Assembly (NCBI RefSeq): GCF_040938485.1
Contig: NW_027271471.1
Location: 310,001 to 374,000, forward strand
DNA length: 64,000 nucleotides
DNA from: Diadema antillarum
Taxonomy: Eukaryota
Direction: 5' to 3'
A model generated the notes under the pieces. The model had not been told where the DNA came from. It worked only from the letters and a program-made list of their open reading frames with translations, and did not search any database. Below are positions 24,782 through 37,096 of this stretch, piece by piece. The position numbers and the translations under genes are program-made. Numbering within the stretch: the stretch's first letter is position 1; every line of letters begins with the position of its first letter.

Positions 24782-27169
24782 TTATCCTAACGATACCACA
24801 TAACGCGCCGGCCATCTGACGTGGCGCCCCGATCTCGTTTGTCGGACCGGTGGATCCGACTTCGCAGCGGGCGTATCCGACGCCGTCGACATCGCTGGGG
24901 GAGACTCGAGTGAGGAACGCGTTGTGTCGCGAGGTACTACTACATCGTCCGGCGCGCTGCTGCTCTCGACATGCGCGACTTTTAAGCGATCGACGCTCAC
25001 CTGCTCTTTCTTGCCATTGATTTCGAGTGTGTAATGCCTAACGTTGCGTCGTAACACTTTGTAAGGCCCATCGTAGGGCTGTTGCAAGGGCTTACGAACT
25101 CGATCGACACGGACAAAAACATAAGAACAAGTGTGCAGGTCTGTCGGCACGTGAGTAGTCGTGTGTTGGGAGCGAGGCGGAGTAGGTGTGAATTGAGACA
25201 TGTGGTTACGTAATCGAGAAACATAGTCGCTCGGGTCGACAGTGGTCTGCTGAGGAGCAACAAACTGAGCGGGCAAACGCAGTGTCGTGCCGTAGACGAG
25301 TTCGGCTGGGGAGCACTTGAGGTCATCTTTTACAGTAGAGCGAATGCCCAATAAGATGATCGGGATATGCTCAGTCCAGTGGGAGGGGTCGTTCTTTGCT
25401 TTTAGTGCAGCTTTCATCTGGCGGTGAAATCTCTCTATCATCCCGTTTGCTACCGGATGATAGGCGGTAGTGCGAATCCTAGTCGTGCCTAACAACCGCG
25501 TTAATTGCTCAAATAGGCGTGATTCGAATTGAACTCCACGGTCTGTGGTGACCGTTTCCGGCGCGCCGTGCACTGCTACCCATCGTTCGACAAACACTTT
25601 AGCTACCGTCTCGGCTGTTATGTCGGGTATGGGAACTGCCTCGGGCCACCTCGTATATCGATCTATACAAGTGAAAACGTATGAATTGCCCTGTGAAGTA
25701 GGCAGTGGTCCTACTAAATCGATATGAACATGCGCAAATCGTGCGTCAGGTGTACTGAATGTGCCGAGAGGAGCTTTGACGTGTCTATGAACTTTAGACT
25801 TCTGGCAAGGAATGCACTCGCGTGCCCACTTTCGAACATCTTTGTTGATGTTTGGCCACACGAACCGAGAAGTGATAGCTAGTTGGCTGGCTTTAACACC
25901 AGGATGAGATAAGCCATGGACTGAGTCAAATATCGCGCGCCTGTGGGATTGAGGAACGTACGGACGTGGCTTTTGGGTTGACATATCACAAATAATCTCG
26001 CCACCAGTAGAAATGAGAGGCAAACGTTCGAGTTTAAGGCTAGTAAGTGGGTTTCGCAGCTCTGCTTGCAACTCGTCATCGCACTGCTGTGCTTGTGCCA
26101 TCGATGCGTAGTCTACTGTTTCAGTCGTGTGGAGCGCGTTTACCGCAGGGCGGGAGAGCATGTCGGCTACTACATTTTCTGCCCCTTTTACGTGCCGAAT
26201 GTCGGTAGTAAACTGGGATATGTAGTCAAGTTGCCGTACTTCGCGCGGGCTGTGACGGTCTGGCTTAGCATTGAACGCGTAAGTCAGGGGTTTGTGGTCT
26301 GTATATACACAGAAGTCACGGGCATCAAGCATGTAACGAAAATGCTTGATAGTCAAGTAGATAGCAAGTAACTCTCGTCCGAAAGTACTGTACCTCGTCT
26401 CCGCTGCGTTCAACTTGCGAGAGAAAAAGGCGATTGGCTGCCAGGCCCCGTCAGTCAGTTGCTGTACCACGCCCCCGACTGCTCTGTCGGACGCGTCGAC
26501 CATGATACTCAACGCTGATTGGGTAGAAGGGTAAGCCAATAGTGTGGCCTGTGCAACTTTCTCTGTGATTTCGGCAAATGCCACGTCGCATGCTGGTGTC
26601 CAGTGCAGTGGTTTTCGTGAGCGTGTTGCACGATTCCGGAGGAGGTCCGTGAGCGGTGTCAATGTTTCTGCGCAGTTTGGGATAAACCTACGGTAGAAAT
26701 TGACCAGGCCTAAGAATGCACGCAGCTGCTTGACCGAAGTGGGCGTGGCGCATTGACGTATAGCTTCAACCTTTTCGGGCAGTGGGCTCACACCTTCGCT
26801 ATTGATGCGGTGGCCCAAGAAATCGAGCGAATCTCTCCCGAATTCACATTTGCTTGGGTTTACTACTACGCCGTACTCTTGCAGTCTTGCGAAAAGCAAA
26901 CGCAGATGGCGCTCGTGTTCTTCGTGATTCGCGCTTGCCACGAGGAGGTCGTCTATATATGCATAAACGAATGTGAGGCCACGAAGAACTTGGTCAATAA
27001 ACCGCTGAAATGTCTGAGCTGCGTTGCGTAACCCAAATGGCATACGCAAAAACTCGAATAGGCCAAATGGTGTGCTAATCGCAGTTTTGCAAATGTCATC
27101 AGTCTCTACGGGAATCTGATGATACGCCCTTACCAAGTCTATTTTCGAGAAAACGCGCTTGCCGTGCAA
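24782..27169 (-). CDS. pol: Pol 3' part: reverse transcriptase, RNase H, integrase (true frame extends up to ~27222)
   Basis: RT YIDD; RNase H DASD...E...TDH; integrase HHCC (SHPG...CIPC), HIDLVGP, TTDRG, GMIERFH; GPY motif; C-terminal TRSGR. Confidence 0.93.
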   Translation of the reverse strand: MHGKRVFSKIDLVRAYHQIPVETDDICKTAISTPFGLFEFLRMPFGLRNAAQTFQRFIDQVLRGLTFVYAYIDDLLVASANHEEHERHLRLLFARLQEYGVVVNPSKCEFGRDSLDFLGHRINSEGVSPLPEKVEAIRQCATPTSVKQLRAFLGLVNFYRRFIPNCAETLTPLTDLLRNRATRSRKPLHWTPACDVAFAEITEKVAQATLLAYPSTQSALSIMVDASDRAVGGVVQQLTDGAWQPIAFFSRKLNAAETRYSTFGRELLAIYLTIKHFRYMLDARDFCVYTDHKPLTYAFNAKPDRHSPREVRQLDYISQFTTDIRHVKGAENVVADMLSRPAVNALHTTETVDYASMAQAQQCDDELQAELRNPLTSLKLERLPLISTGGEIICDMSTQKPRPYVPQSHRRAIFDSVHGLSHPGVKASQLAITSRFVWPNINKDVRKWARECIPCQKSKVHRHVKAPLGTFSTPDARFAHVHIDLVGPLPTSQGNSYVFTCIDRYTRWPEAVPIPDITAETVAKVFVERWVAVHGAPETVTTDRGVQFESRLFEQLTRLLGTTRIRTTAYHPVANGMIERFHRQMKAALKAKNDPSHWTEHIPIILLGIRSTVKDDLKCSPAELVYGTTLRLPAQFVAPQQTTVDPSDYVSRLRNHMSQFTPTPPRSQHTTTHVPTDLHTCSYVFVRVDRVRKPLQQPYDGPYKVLRRNVRHYTLEINGKKEQVSVDRLKVAHVESSSAPDDVVVPRDTTRSSLESPPAMSTASDTPAAKSDPPVRQTRSGRHVRWPARYVVSLG

Positions 27170-28038
27170 ATTCGAGGCAAAGTCCTGAATGTGAGGGACG
27201 GGGTAACGGTCGGGGATAGTTGCTTATTCAAGGCGCGATAGTCTCCGCACGGCCGCCAATCCCCTTCAGTGCGTTTGGGCACCATGTGTAAAGGTGATGA
27301 CCACGGGCTGTTGGACGGTCGCACAATGCCGAGCTCGAGCATGTGTTCGAACTCGCGTTTGGCTACGGCTAGTCTGTCAGCTGTCAGTCGTCGTGGTTGT
27401 GCACTAACGGGTGGTCCCTTTGTCTCGATATGGTGTGTGATGTTATGTCGAACGTCGCTCTCTTTGTATACCGGTTTGGTTATGTCACTGAAGTCGGTCG
27501 TAAGCATGCATCGGTATGGGTCGTTGTCATCGTCGGCTGTCTTATGTAAGCCGACGGGGTTGAGTCCGACGTTAACCGCAGTCTGTCCTGTGACATGCAA
27601 GTTTGTTACTGTGTCTATCAGTCGTCGTTGTTGGACATCGACCAAAAAGTGGAAGTGATGCAAAAAATCGGCACCGAGTATCGGTGTAGCCACATCGGCA
27701 ATTATGAAAACCCATCTAAAATTACGGCGCAAACCCAAATCTAATGTTAATGAACGTTGGCCATATGTGGCTATTTGGGAGCTGTTTGCGGCTCGCAAGT
27801 GATAAGAGGATGGATACTTTCGCTCATGTTTGCCGGGTGGGAACACCGACACTGCGGCACCAGTGTCAATCAAAAATTGTTGTTGCGTATTGTTGTCAGT
27901 GACGTAGAAGAGGCGACTGTTGCTAAGGGAACCAGTCGGGGTCGTCGCGCCTACCCGCTGGTCGCGTCGTTTCCCTTGTACGAACAAGGTTGAGTGCATC
28001 GATGTGCGTTTGCACCAAATCGGTAGTGGTAAAAGCAT
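27139..28038 (-). CDS. pol: Pol 5' part: aspartic protease and RT N-terminus (entered by -1 frameshift near 27972; leaves the RT frame near 27223)
   Basis: [10 protein letters not shown] protease motif, [30 protein letters not shown]. Confidence 0.9.
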   Translation of the reverse strand: MLLPLPIWCKRTSMHSTLFVQGKRRDQRVGATTPTGSLSNSRLFYVTDNNTQQQFLIDTGAAVSVFPPGKHERKYPSSYHLRAANSSQIATYGQRSLTLDLGLRRNFRWVFIIADVATPILGADFLHHFHFLVDVQQRRLIDTVTNLHVTGQTAVNVGLNPVGLHKTADDDNDPYRCMLTTDFSDITKPVYKESDVRHNITHHIETKGPPVSAQPRRLTADRLAVAKREFEHMLELGIVRPSNSPWSSPLHMVPKRTEGDWRPCGDYRALNKQLSPTVTPSLTFRTLPRICTASAFSRK

Positions 28039-28916
28039 AGCTGCTGTGTATTAGCTCCGGGCTGATCACTTGACGCTGCCGCCGCAGCGTTCGCTCCTTG
28101 GCTTTGCTGGCCGTGCTGGCCGTTGTGTTGCGAGGGGGTCTTAGCGCCCCTGCCTGCCGTGCTACGGCTGCGACTACGTCCTCGCTGCTGCATCTTTTTG
28201 ACGCTAAACGTCAGATCAATCAACGCACGCTTTACTTCGGCAAGCTCGCTCGTTAGCTGTGCCAACGTCGCTGGAGGCGTAACCCCTCTCGAATTTCCCC
28301 CACTACTGCTAACTGGTGCTATTATCGGAGGGCTAGCTGTCATTGTATTGACACCCGGTACGTGGGCATCAACGATCCGATCCGCGAGCTCGGCCAACTC
28401 CTGCAAAGTTAGGGCGTCAGAGGTTGATGCTAAAATTAGCCTGACGTTTTGGGGGAGTCTTTGCAGAAACAGCTGCTTCAGAATACCCTTTTCTAGCGTT
28501 TGATCGCCTACCAGCTGCTCCATTCTCCGCAGAAGCTGAGAAGGTTTACGATCGCCGAGTTCCTCCTCAGTTAGGAGTCGCTTAACGCGGCGCTGTTCAG
28601 ATTCGGACATTCGTGCTATGAGAGTTTGTTTCAGTTTGGTATATTGGTTGGCAGAAGGTGGGTTAACAATCAAGTCACGCACATCCTGCGCCACTTCGGG
28701 TGACAATGCGGCGATAACATAGGCGTATTTTGTCTCCTCTTTAGAAATGCCGCGCGTGCTAAACTGTGCCTCCGCTTGTGCGAACCAAATTTGGGGGTCG
28801 TTTGCCCAAAATGGGGGCAATTTGATAGAAACTGTGCCTATGAGTGAGCGTTCCTCGGGCTCTTTTGCAGGCAAGGCCGCTGGGGATAGAGTTTGCTCCG
28901 CACTTTCGGTAGCCAT
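27951..28916 (-). CDS. gag: Gag (321 aa from ATG 28916)
   Basis: KLPPFW motif, LGDRKPSQLLR, C-terminal [18 protein letters not shown] (C-x2-H-x9-C-x3-C); aaccATGG start context. Confidence 0.92.
   Translation of the reverse strand: MATESAEQTLSPAALPAKEPEERSLIGTVSIKLPPFWANDPQIWFAQAEAQFSTRGISKEETKYAYVIAALSPEVAQDVRDLIVNPPSANQYTKLKQTLIARMSESEQRRVKRLLTEEELGDRKPSQLLRRMEQLVGDQTLEKGILKQLFLQRLPQNVRLILASTSDALTLQELAELADRIVDAHVPGVNTMTASPPIIAPVSSSGGNSRGVTPPATLAQLTSELAEVKRALIDLTFSVKKMQQRGRSRSRSTAGRGAKTPSQHNGQHGQQSQGANAAAAASSDQPGANTQQLCFYHYRFGANAHRCTQPCSYKGNDATSG
27969..27975 (-). promoter_or_regulatory. -1 ribosomal frameshift heptamer G GGA AAC
   Basis: In gag frame TAC AAG GGA AAC; the -1 frame is the protease frame; a stem-loop starts 6 nt downstream (27962-27931). 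Confidence 0.8.
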
Positions 28917-29255
28917 GGTTACAATCTCTTCACGCAAGAATAAAATCGCCTAACGAGGGCGCAAGGTCCTGACCGGAGTGTTATGTGGTATCGGTCACTG
29001 CCGCAGCAATTTGCTACTGAATACGAACTATTAGGCCCACAAACAATGGAGAATAATTTGCAAACTTAACAGACAGCAACATACATATTACGTAAGCATA
29101 ACACAAAAATGCCAACCTATGTGGTATGAACCTATATAGTAGCAAGAATATGCTCAGATAGTATGGTTCACACTAAGTGCGTGTGTGGTTGTCAACTACT
29201 ACATGGGTATTATAAAGTCATATTATCAAATGGAGTGGAATCACACCTCTTTTAG

Positions 29256-29273
29256 ATCACGTCGGGGTCACCA
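29256..29273 (-). promoter_or_regulatory. Primer-binding site complementary to the tRNA-Trp 3' end
   Basis: The + strand ATCACGTCGGGGTCACCA equals the recalled 3' 18 nt of metazoan tRNA-Trp(CCA) including CCA; it lies 3 nt from the 5' LTR. Confidence 0.9.
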
Positions 29274-29276
29274 CTT

Positions 29277-30582
29277 TGTTGGAAGGTAGGCCTCGGGGCG
29301 TGTTAATGTGGCAAGATATTATTTTTGTTGTGTAACAAACTACACACCAAACACACTCTCATCATACAGCCATATTCCAACGTCTTGAGTTGTGATTCGA
29401 CTCGATTTACTAATTGTAATAACTGGCGTTGACAACAGAATATTTAAGTTTCAATACTATACACGCTTGATTGTCGTGTACATCATTATATCACACGCAG
29501 GTGATAATTATAGGGTATTTCCCCCAGAATATGAATCAATCAGTGTATTGGTTATTTACGACTCTCCATGAGCAATCACACCAAATTATATTTGGTCAAA
29601 ACGTTTAAAAGGAGGTCTTAAAATTGAGGGGACATACATATGATTATAATTATTAGGAGCGGTAATACAAATAAAAGGGTGCATAAGTTACGAACCACCG
29701 CGACAGTCCGAACAGAGTCCCAAGTCGCTTCCAGCGTAAAATAGCGGCCACGTCACTCTCCAAAGGGGACCTCAATCGCGATCGCGAACTGCAGTGCGCA
29801 CTGCCACGATGAACTCCGGGTCGAGATGCTGACGTGTACACGTACTGTCTGGAACGGGACCGGTGTTCGCCGCCTCGTCGTCGCCCGGCACTCACATCAA
29901 TAGCGTTGACATCGATTGTTAAGGATGCGATCCCACTTGGAGATTCACAATAAATTTACGCTAATTCGTGGTGAGCTGGACATAGATGAAGTTCATCCTT
30001 AGTCATTGACGACGGGGTTGACGATGGGAGGAGATGCGAGATGATGAGCTTTGATGCAAGCCTCATGCAGCGTCCGCAAATATGACAGGAATTCAACTCC
30101 TCTTCATAACAATTGTTCCACAACTATTTAGAATTAATGTTGCTTGAAAAATGCACCTCACCGATGTGGTGTATTGTATGAACTCCAAGAATTATAGTAC
30201 AATGTAAAACTGACTCAATACGGGATGGACTTGACTCTGGAAAGTATAATATTACATCTCCCCTTTGTATCGGACGCAGGAGATCGATGGTCTATGTCCA
30301 TCTCCTTTGGAGGTTGAGGAGCCAGAGTGAGAGAAAAAGCTATGTCCACGGTTAATGTTAGGGAAAGGGGGCTACGTGGCAGGTATTATGGGATAAGCCT
30401 ACGTGTACCTTTTTACAGAACCGTGGTCAAAGGACTGGTCAGCAAAAATTAGCTCTTTTGATTCTTCTTTTGCCATCGGGGAGCGTCCGGAGAGAGTAAC
30501 ATGATTATATAATACCGATTGAAATAGCTCCCTCTCTCGGCCGGTGACTTATAGTCAGACTAACGGGGTACGTGCTGCTACA
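29277..30582 (-). repeat. 5' LTR (1306 bp)
   Basis: Near-identical to 22724-24034. Confidence 0.95.
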
Positions 30583-31239
30583 CTTCCTTTAGCCGAAGTA
30601 TATAGATTGTGTGCAAATATAAATAATTTGGCAAAAAGAAGCAATTGACAATCATATCATGAGGTTGTATAAGGTGCTTCCTTTTGCCAATTTCAGATTT
30701 TTAGCAAACATGAAAAATCTGGCAAAAGGAAGCAAGTGACAATCATATCATTAGAATGTTACTTGCTCCCTTTTGCAAAGTATTTTAAGTTGTGTGTGAA
30801 CATAACTGATTTGGCAAAGGGAAGCAAGTGACAATCATATCATGAGGTTGTTACTTGCTTCCTTTTGCCATTTTTCAAGCAATTTATTTTGTGCACTTGC
30901 TTCCTTTTGCCACCCGAATATCTCAGAAATGGGCCAAAATTATAACTTTTGGGTTTTTCAGTTAAATAGAGCATGCCTCAAATATGCCAAATCAATAAAA
31001 AAGTCAATATTCATAAAAAAAGTCACTTGCTTCCTTTTGCCAAAGTAGGGCAGTATACCATCAAACATGAAGAAGGGGCGTACTATCAAATACTAAGTAA
31101 TTATTTTTATGTTTAATCCAATTGGCTATAGGCCTTTATAGCCTACAATAAACAAGCAAAATTATGCGATAAGGTTGTTATTCGTCACATGTTTAGGCCG
31201 TAATGGATTATTATGTGGTTATACACCCATGACTATTTC

Positions 31240-31355
31240 ACATGGCACTACTTGTTATTGGGAAAAATATCAAATGCGTTTAAAATCATGAATATATCAT
31301 TTGTGTGATATACTTTTTCTTTAGATCTAACAAAGACATTTGATTGTACAACATA
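31240..31355 (+). pseudogene. Degenerate non-LTR (CR1/L2-like) RT fragment
   Basis: Translates as LLLGKISNAF...LDLTKTFDC, resembling the FLDLSKAFD RT motif. Confidence 0.45.
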
Positions 31356-31606
31356 TTATATGCACAGGCCTACATGACAAAAACTAGAATGTTATAAAAA
31401 AGAGGAAACTTTAAAATTGGGCAAGAATTATCTATCAAATTGTACACAATTTACAGATATATCACCAACTCCTTCTTCGCAACAACTTGTCCTTTGTGTG
31501 TGGTGTCCTTTCGTATTTGTTGATATAGTGTTTACTTTTGTTTCAACCTGTAATAGTAGTCTTCTACTCTGCAAATGTATATCTCTCCTCTGACCAATGC
31601 TGACTA

Positions 31607-32086
31607 TAATAAGCCAGTTCGAAGTTTTGAAAGTTTCGGGCATGAGCAGAAAAAGGTCATTCGTACCAACAGGCATGCTGATTTTGAAATTCGCTGGGAT
31701 AAGCATCTGCATGTGTTGTAGTGATTATTCATGTAATCCTTAGAAATACTGCTTGCCAGCGCATCCACCCGAGAGCAAAAGTGGTATTTGGCAATATCAA
31801 TAGAAAGAGGCTATTGATATATTCAATGCAAAATAATGAAATGGATGCTTTCTCAGGTGTTAATTTGACGGATCATTCTGATCATCTGGTCTTCGCAAGT
31901 TAATTTTTTGTTTGAACAGGATTGATGGATCTCATGAATTGTTACGTGAAGCTTATGCATTATGTCGCTCTGAAAACTAGTGAAGTGCCCCTAACCGACT
32001 GAGAGAGAGAGAGAGAGAGAGAGAGAAAAAAAAAAAGGGTCATTCGTACCATTGTGCCCATGAGCTAACTCCGAACTGGCTTTTAT
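31607..32086. mobile_element. MITE, copy 1 (TIR TAATAAGCCAGTT)
   Basis: Colinear similarity with 32996-33447; the right TIR is degenerate. Confidence 0.65.
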
Positions 32087-32995
32087 CTTGCATCATTACA
32101 ATGAATCAGCCTGAATGATGCATGGGTCTCATGATAATCTCTTTTCCTGATTATTTTTTTCTCCTCTCATTTTCTCTCTTTCATGATTTCCCAGCAAATG
32201 TAATGGGCAAATAATGTGTAAAGATGAATTTGTGTATTCCTTAATTGTAGCATGCGATGTTGTAGGAAATGAATCACATTGGACTTGACTTGAACTATGT
32301 AAATCCATATCAGTTCAGTAGACCGTATACGCAAGACGCAAGACTCCGCAGAACAGGAGTATAGGTCTGCGCGTGGCTTCGGCCAGACATACCCATCACG
32401 TGAATAATAATTTTTTTAATAATCTCCTTCTTTGTGGCTGCACCTTGTAGGGAACATGTAAAGACCTCATAAGGGAGACACAATTTTCGGCAACCGGAGA
32501 GGAAAGTATAGAACGGTGTGTAATCTTTATACCGGAGCCTCGAAATTTTGGACATCGGACATCGTCGACATGCATAAGACGTGATCGAGTGAGATCAAGG
32601 AAGTACAAGGTGTACACGAATGTAGACACCTTCTTAGTGAAATCAATCAAGAAGGTAGACAAGGCGAGCAGTATCTCTCTGACTTTTGGATAGAGCTCTT
32701 ATAGTTTAGGCCTAACCTCCGTGGTTAGATTTAGCACCCAAAATTTGTTGAACCACCAATATTCAGAAATGTGAAATCCACCATTTTGAGTGCTAAATGT
32801 AAGATTTTAAAAGAAAATGTTAGAGGAATGACAACATTCAAAATTTTGATTTACGTACACGTGTATATATAGCCTATAAGCAGTGAGGGAACTGGCAGAA
32901 CAATAAAAGCACATTATACTGCCATACATGCTGACACGTTGACTTGAAACTGCGAATACATCTGCTACTTTAAATCGATGGTAGGAGAGTTGATA

Positions 32996-33447
32996 TAATA
33001 AGCCAGTTCGGAGTTCCACTTTGCGCATGAGCAGAAACAAGGTCATTCGGACCAACAAGCACGTTGGTTTTTAAATTTACTGGGATAAGCATCTGTCATG
33101 TAATGATTATTCATGTAATCCTTATAAATGCCGCTTGCCAGCGCATCCGCCTGACAGCAAAAGTGGTATTTGGCAATATCAATAGAGAGAGATTGTCAGT
33201 ACATCCAATGCAAAATAATGAAATGGATGCTTTCTCAAGTGTGAATTGACAGATCATTCTGCTCATCTGGTCTACGCAAGTTTATTCTTTGTTTGAACGG
33301 GATTGATGAATCCCATAAATTGTTACGTAAAGCTTCAATACGCATTATGTCGCTCTGAAAATGAGTGCAGTGCCCCTAACCAACTGAGAAAAAAGAAAGG
33401 TCATTCGTACCAATGTGCCCATGAGCTAACTCGAAACTGGCTTATTA
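32996..33447. mobile_element. MITE, copy 2 (TIR TAATAAGCCAGTT / AACTGGCTTATTA)
   Basis: Terminal inverted repeats and similarity to copy 1. Confidence 0.7.
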
Positions 33448-34860
33448 ACGAATATGAAGGACCAATGAGGGCGATATTTAAAAAAAGATGGAACACAAGA
33501 AATGTTATATATAGGTGTTTCAAAAAACATTTCCCACTTTTGATTCTTTATAATTCAAAAACTATATATCAGATAACACTGTCATTGATATGAGTGATAG
33601 CTGAATAGTGTACAATTTTGTGGAAGGTGGTTTGAATATGAAAGCACAAATCAGTTTCATGAAATCCATGATTAATTTACACAGTTAGGTTCCAGATTTT
33701 GCTCTATAAGAGAGTCCAGAATCTAGACTATGCCTATTTAGATCAGTTGACGATGATGCAATCTCAATAAAAGATATACCAGTATGCGAAATCCACTGGA
33801 GTTAAATTCAGGGGGGTGTTAATTGAAATCGTAGAAACTAGCTACAGTGAGTATTGCACCCGAATATGTTTTGTTATATTGCTCAAAAAAACCCAAGAAT
33901 TGCAACTGATGCTATACGGATAATAAGTCAAATCAAATCAAATCAAATTTGTACGGTGCTGAATTTAACAATTTATACAAAGGTTTGGAGGAGTGAAAAC
34001 ATTTTAAAATGTTGGTTTATGCACCACACTTTTTTAGCGTGTATATAGCTGCACAATTACTCCGACCAAAAAGCATTCCATGTTGACTATTACTATCACT
34101 TTGGTTTTTTATCTTTCATTTTCGTTAGATCACGGCATGTGTATTATACTTAGATATAAACTGATTATCAAACATTTGCTGAACTGAATTCAACTCCAGT
34201 GGATTTCGCATATATTGTATCTTTTATTAAGATTGTCATCATTGTCCAGGGACCGCGGAACGTTTTTCAGTGTGGGGGGCGGGACCGGGGGGGGGGGGGG
34301 GGGGGGGGGGGTCAAGGTCAAGGCCGAAGGCATTGTTTTCGGGTTGTCCGTCCGTCCGTAATGAATTTGTGAACAGCGTAACTAAAAAACCTTTCGAGGT
34401 ATCCTAATGAAACTTGGCATGTATGTGTATTAGGGGTGAAGTTGTGCCTATTAACTTTTGGGTGCACATGCTCAAGGTCAAAGGTCAAAAGGTCAAGGTC
34501 AAATACGTTAAATTTCATTATTTCCACCATATCTATGCAATGCCTGAAGATATTTTCTTTAAACTTAGTGTATACATGTATTACCCAATTAAAATTCTCT
34601 GGTAAAGGTTTGGGGTCATGGGGTCAAAGGTCAAAAGGTCAAGTAAAAATATTACAAGTCCACTTCTTTCTCCGTAACTTGGAAATTGTTCGAGGTCTCT
34701 TCATGGAACATATACATGTACTGACTGGCAGTAATTATCTAGAGAATTTAGGGTTCATGGGGTCAAAGGTCAGGGGTCAAAGGTCAAGGGCAACACTTCC
34801 CTAAAGTGTACTAACTCTATAGAGGGGACCAATCAATGGGAGGGTGGCAAGATGGTTCGG

Positions 34861-35660
34861 TGTAATAATGTCAGAGGTAAATATGGCAGAGGTAAAAATG
34901 GCAGAGGTAAAAATGTCAGAGGTAAAAATGTCAGAGGTAATAATGTCAGAGGTAATAATGTCAGAGGTAAAAATGTCAGAGGTAAAAATGTCAGAGGTAA
35001 TAATGTCAGAGGTATGATGGCAGAGGTAAAAATGGCAGAGGTAAAAATGGCAGAGGTAAAAATGGCAGAGGTATAATATGGCAGAGGTAAAAATGGCAGA
35101 GGTAAATATGTCAGAGGTAAAAATGCCAGAGATAGAAATGTCAGAGGTAATAATGTCAGAGGTAAATACAATACAATACAATACAATACAATCAGATCAT
35201 TTATATAGCGCCCTTACACAGTCAATGACTGGTTTCACAGCACTTTACACCAACATTCAGTTACAGATTGGCATAAAAAAGGAAAGTCTTAAGATTCTTC
35301 TTGAAGACATCAAGGGATGGGGAAATGCGGACGAACCGAGGTAAATCATTCCACAATCGCGGTGCAGCCGTCACAAAAGCATTGTCCCCCGCTCTACTGA
35401 TTGGTTTGGGTACATGGAGTAAGGTGCTATCTGCACTTGAACGTAGTCCAGGGCGAGCAGAACAGTACGAAATGATCAGAGATCTAAGATAAGTTGGAGC
35501 TTTCCCTTGAAGACACTTGTATACAATTGTTAAGATCTTGAAAGCAATGCGATGTAAATAATTATGTCAGTAAATAATTATGTCAGTGGTAAAAATGTCA
35601 GAGGTAAAGTTGTCAGTGGTCGAAATGGCAGTGGTCAAAATGCCAGAGATAAAAATGTCA
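34861..35660 (+). repeat. 15-bp minisatellite (CAGAGGTAAAAATGT/G), with an inverted copy at ~36575-36690
   Basis: Direct reading; the array is interrupted by the L2 fragment. Confidence 0.85.
35165..35556 (-). mobile_element. 5'-truncated L2-clade LINE (ORF2 C-terminus, 3' UTR, (TATTG)n tail)
   Basis: RIAFKILTIVYKCLQGKAPTYL...LRSS...GDNAFVTAAPRLWNDLP...FKKNLKTFLF, stop at 35257-35259, GCGCTATATAAAT near the 3' end. Confidence 0.85.
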
Positions 35661-37096
35661 TTGATAAAAATTTAGTCGTAGAAATGCAAGAGGACGAGGT
35701 AAAAGTGACAGAGATTTTTTTTTTTTTTTTCGTCATGTTTCTGACACCTTTCTCGCAATACGCGCTTTTCGTGCCTTCTCCTGAAATAAAGCACGGGGGA
35801 GACCGGGGAGAAATGGGACACGGGGAGAAATATGGGACACTCATGTAACTTGAAAAATACTCGTCCAGTCAACAATCCAATTATATCAGTAATAAGATGA
35901 GCCTCGGTACACCTGAAAATGGACATATTAACCACTATACAGCTCTACAGGTATCTTGTCAGTAAAATATCAAACTTACTATAGATCTGGTAGGTCATAT
36001 TAACATGTTAATAGGTATTTTAATAAGTGTGCAAACTTCTGAAAATAGAATTGCTTGATAACAGACATGCAGGTATGAAAAATTGGCAGGGATCTTTTAC
36101 TGTTTCTGTTACCACTGGGAGAAATTTAATAGGGCAGTGTTACATTTCTCCCCGCAGGACATGTAAATCCTACTTTGGTCATGTTGGTTATCCAATTTCT
36201 CTCCAGGTTGTCTCATTTCTCCCCACTTGATGTCCCATTCCCCCCAAATTAGGGGTTAAACAAATCATTAATTACACGAAAATGTTTTATATAATATAGG
36301 GGTATCACTAAGTACTCTACTATAAACTTCAGAACCTATACTACATAATTATGATTATGACCTAGTTTGACAAAATATTTTAAAAGTTACAAGGAATCTT
36401 TCTTTATGATTCAAAAATGTCCCAATCAAACTCAGAATAATGAGAGTGCTCTAATTTTTTTTAAAACATAATTCCATAAATATTCTTCAAATCTGCAGTT
36501 TGGATTTGATAATTCGATAGATACAGTTTGCTCTGGCTAGGTTATTATTCAAAACCTCTTCATACGTTTACCTCTGACGAAATCGCTCTCATTACTTCTG
36601 ACATTTTTACCTCTTGACATTACCTCTGACATTTTTACCTCTGACTTTTTTTTACCTCTGACATTATTACCGCTGACATTATTACGACCGCCCCCCATAC
36701 CCCCCCCCCCCCCCTCCTGCTTTGCTACGCCGGTGCTTAGACGGGAACCAGTATGTAAGGTCGGATTCTTTGGAAATTCAAATTCAAGGGTGTTGTGATT
36801 TTTTCCCCGATTTTTTGCCTTTTTTTTTTTCTACGAACCAAAAGTGTGGGCCGGGCTGCAGCCCCCCAGCCCCCCGGTTCCGCGGCCCCTGTCGTCAACT
36901 GATCTAAATAGGCCTAGAAAATTAACACTCTTTTATAATCATACTGATACACACCTCCATTATGATTATCATACCACGCAACCAGTGCTCGATTTACATT
37001 TTTAAAGAGACATTTTCCCCATCATGAGGCCTATAGAAACGTGCATGGTCATGTGGATTGAGAGAATGCAGCAGATTTAATATCGAACACACATCA

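Larger units (their letters stand above)
22724..30582 (-). mobile_element. Full-length Ty3/Gypsy LTR retrotransposon, CsRn1-type lineage
   Basis: Two TG...CA LTRs, 4-bp TSD CTTC (22720-22723, 30583-30586), tRNA-Trp PBS, PPT, gag with a CHCC finger, and pol in PR-RT-RH-IN order. Confidence 0.95.
21864..31053. mobile_element. TIR element (~1.33 kb when empty) carrying a ~95-bp hairpin-unit array, interrupted by the Gypsy element
   Basis: Left TATA|CTGCTCTACTTTGGCAAAAGGAAGCAAATGAC, right GTCACTTGCTTCCTTTTGCCAAAGTAGGGCAG|TATA. The array lies at 22062-22723 and 30583-31053. Confidence 0.75.
34247..36891. mobile_element. CAG-terminated composite MITE with 5-bp TSD
   Basis: TIRs CAGGGACCGCGGAAC / GTTCCGCGGCCCCTG (14/15), flanks TTGTC / TCGTC. 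It contains a HINE-like fragment (~34313-34800), a 15-bp minisatellite and an L2 fragment. Confidence 0.65.
33731..36914. mobile_element. Older MITE with ~80-bp TIRs, right TIR split by a later insertion
   Basis: 33732-33812 is the reverse complement of 34190-34246 joined to 36897-36913. Confidence 0.65.

Noticed and set aside
29256-29273. tRNA-Trp gene
   Set aside because: Only the 3' 18 nt including CCA are present, next to an LTR, so it is a PBS.
32310-32720. Overlapping minus-strand ORFs as a host gene
   Set aside because: No continuous frame or splice support. FVYTLYFLDLTR resembles the 5' part of CR1/L2-like ORF2, so it is probably a LINE relic, but too weak to list as a feature.
34801-35344. 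Pentapeptide-repeat ORFs (MAEVK, TSDIF) on both strands
   Set aside because: Products of a 15-bp minisatellite, open in several frames by construction.
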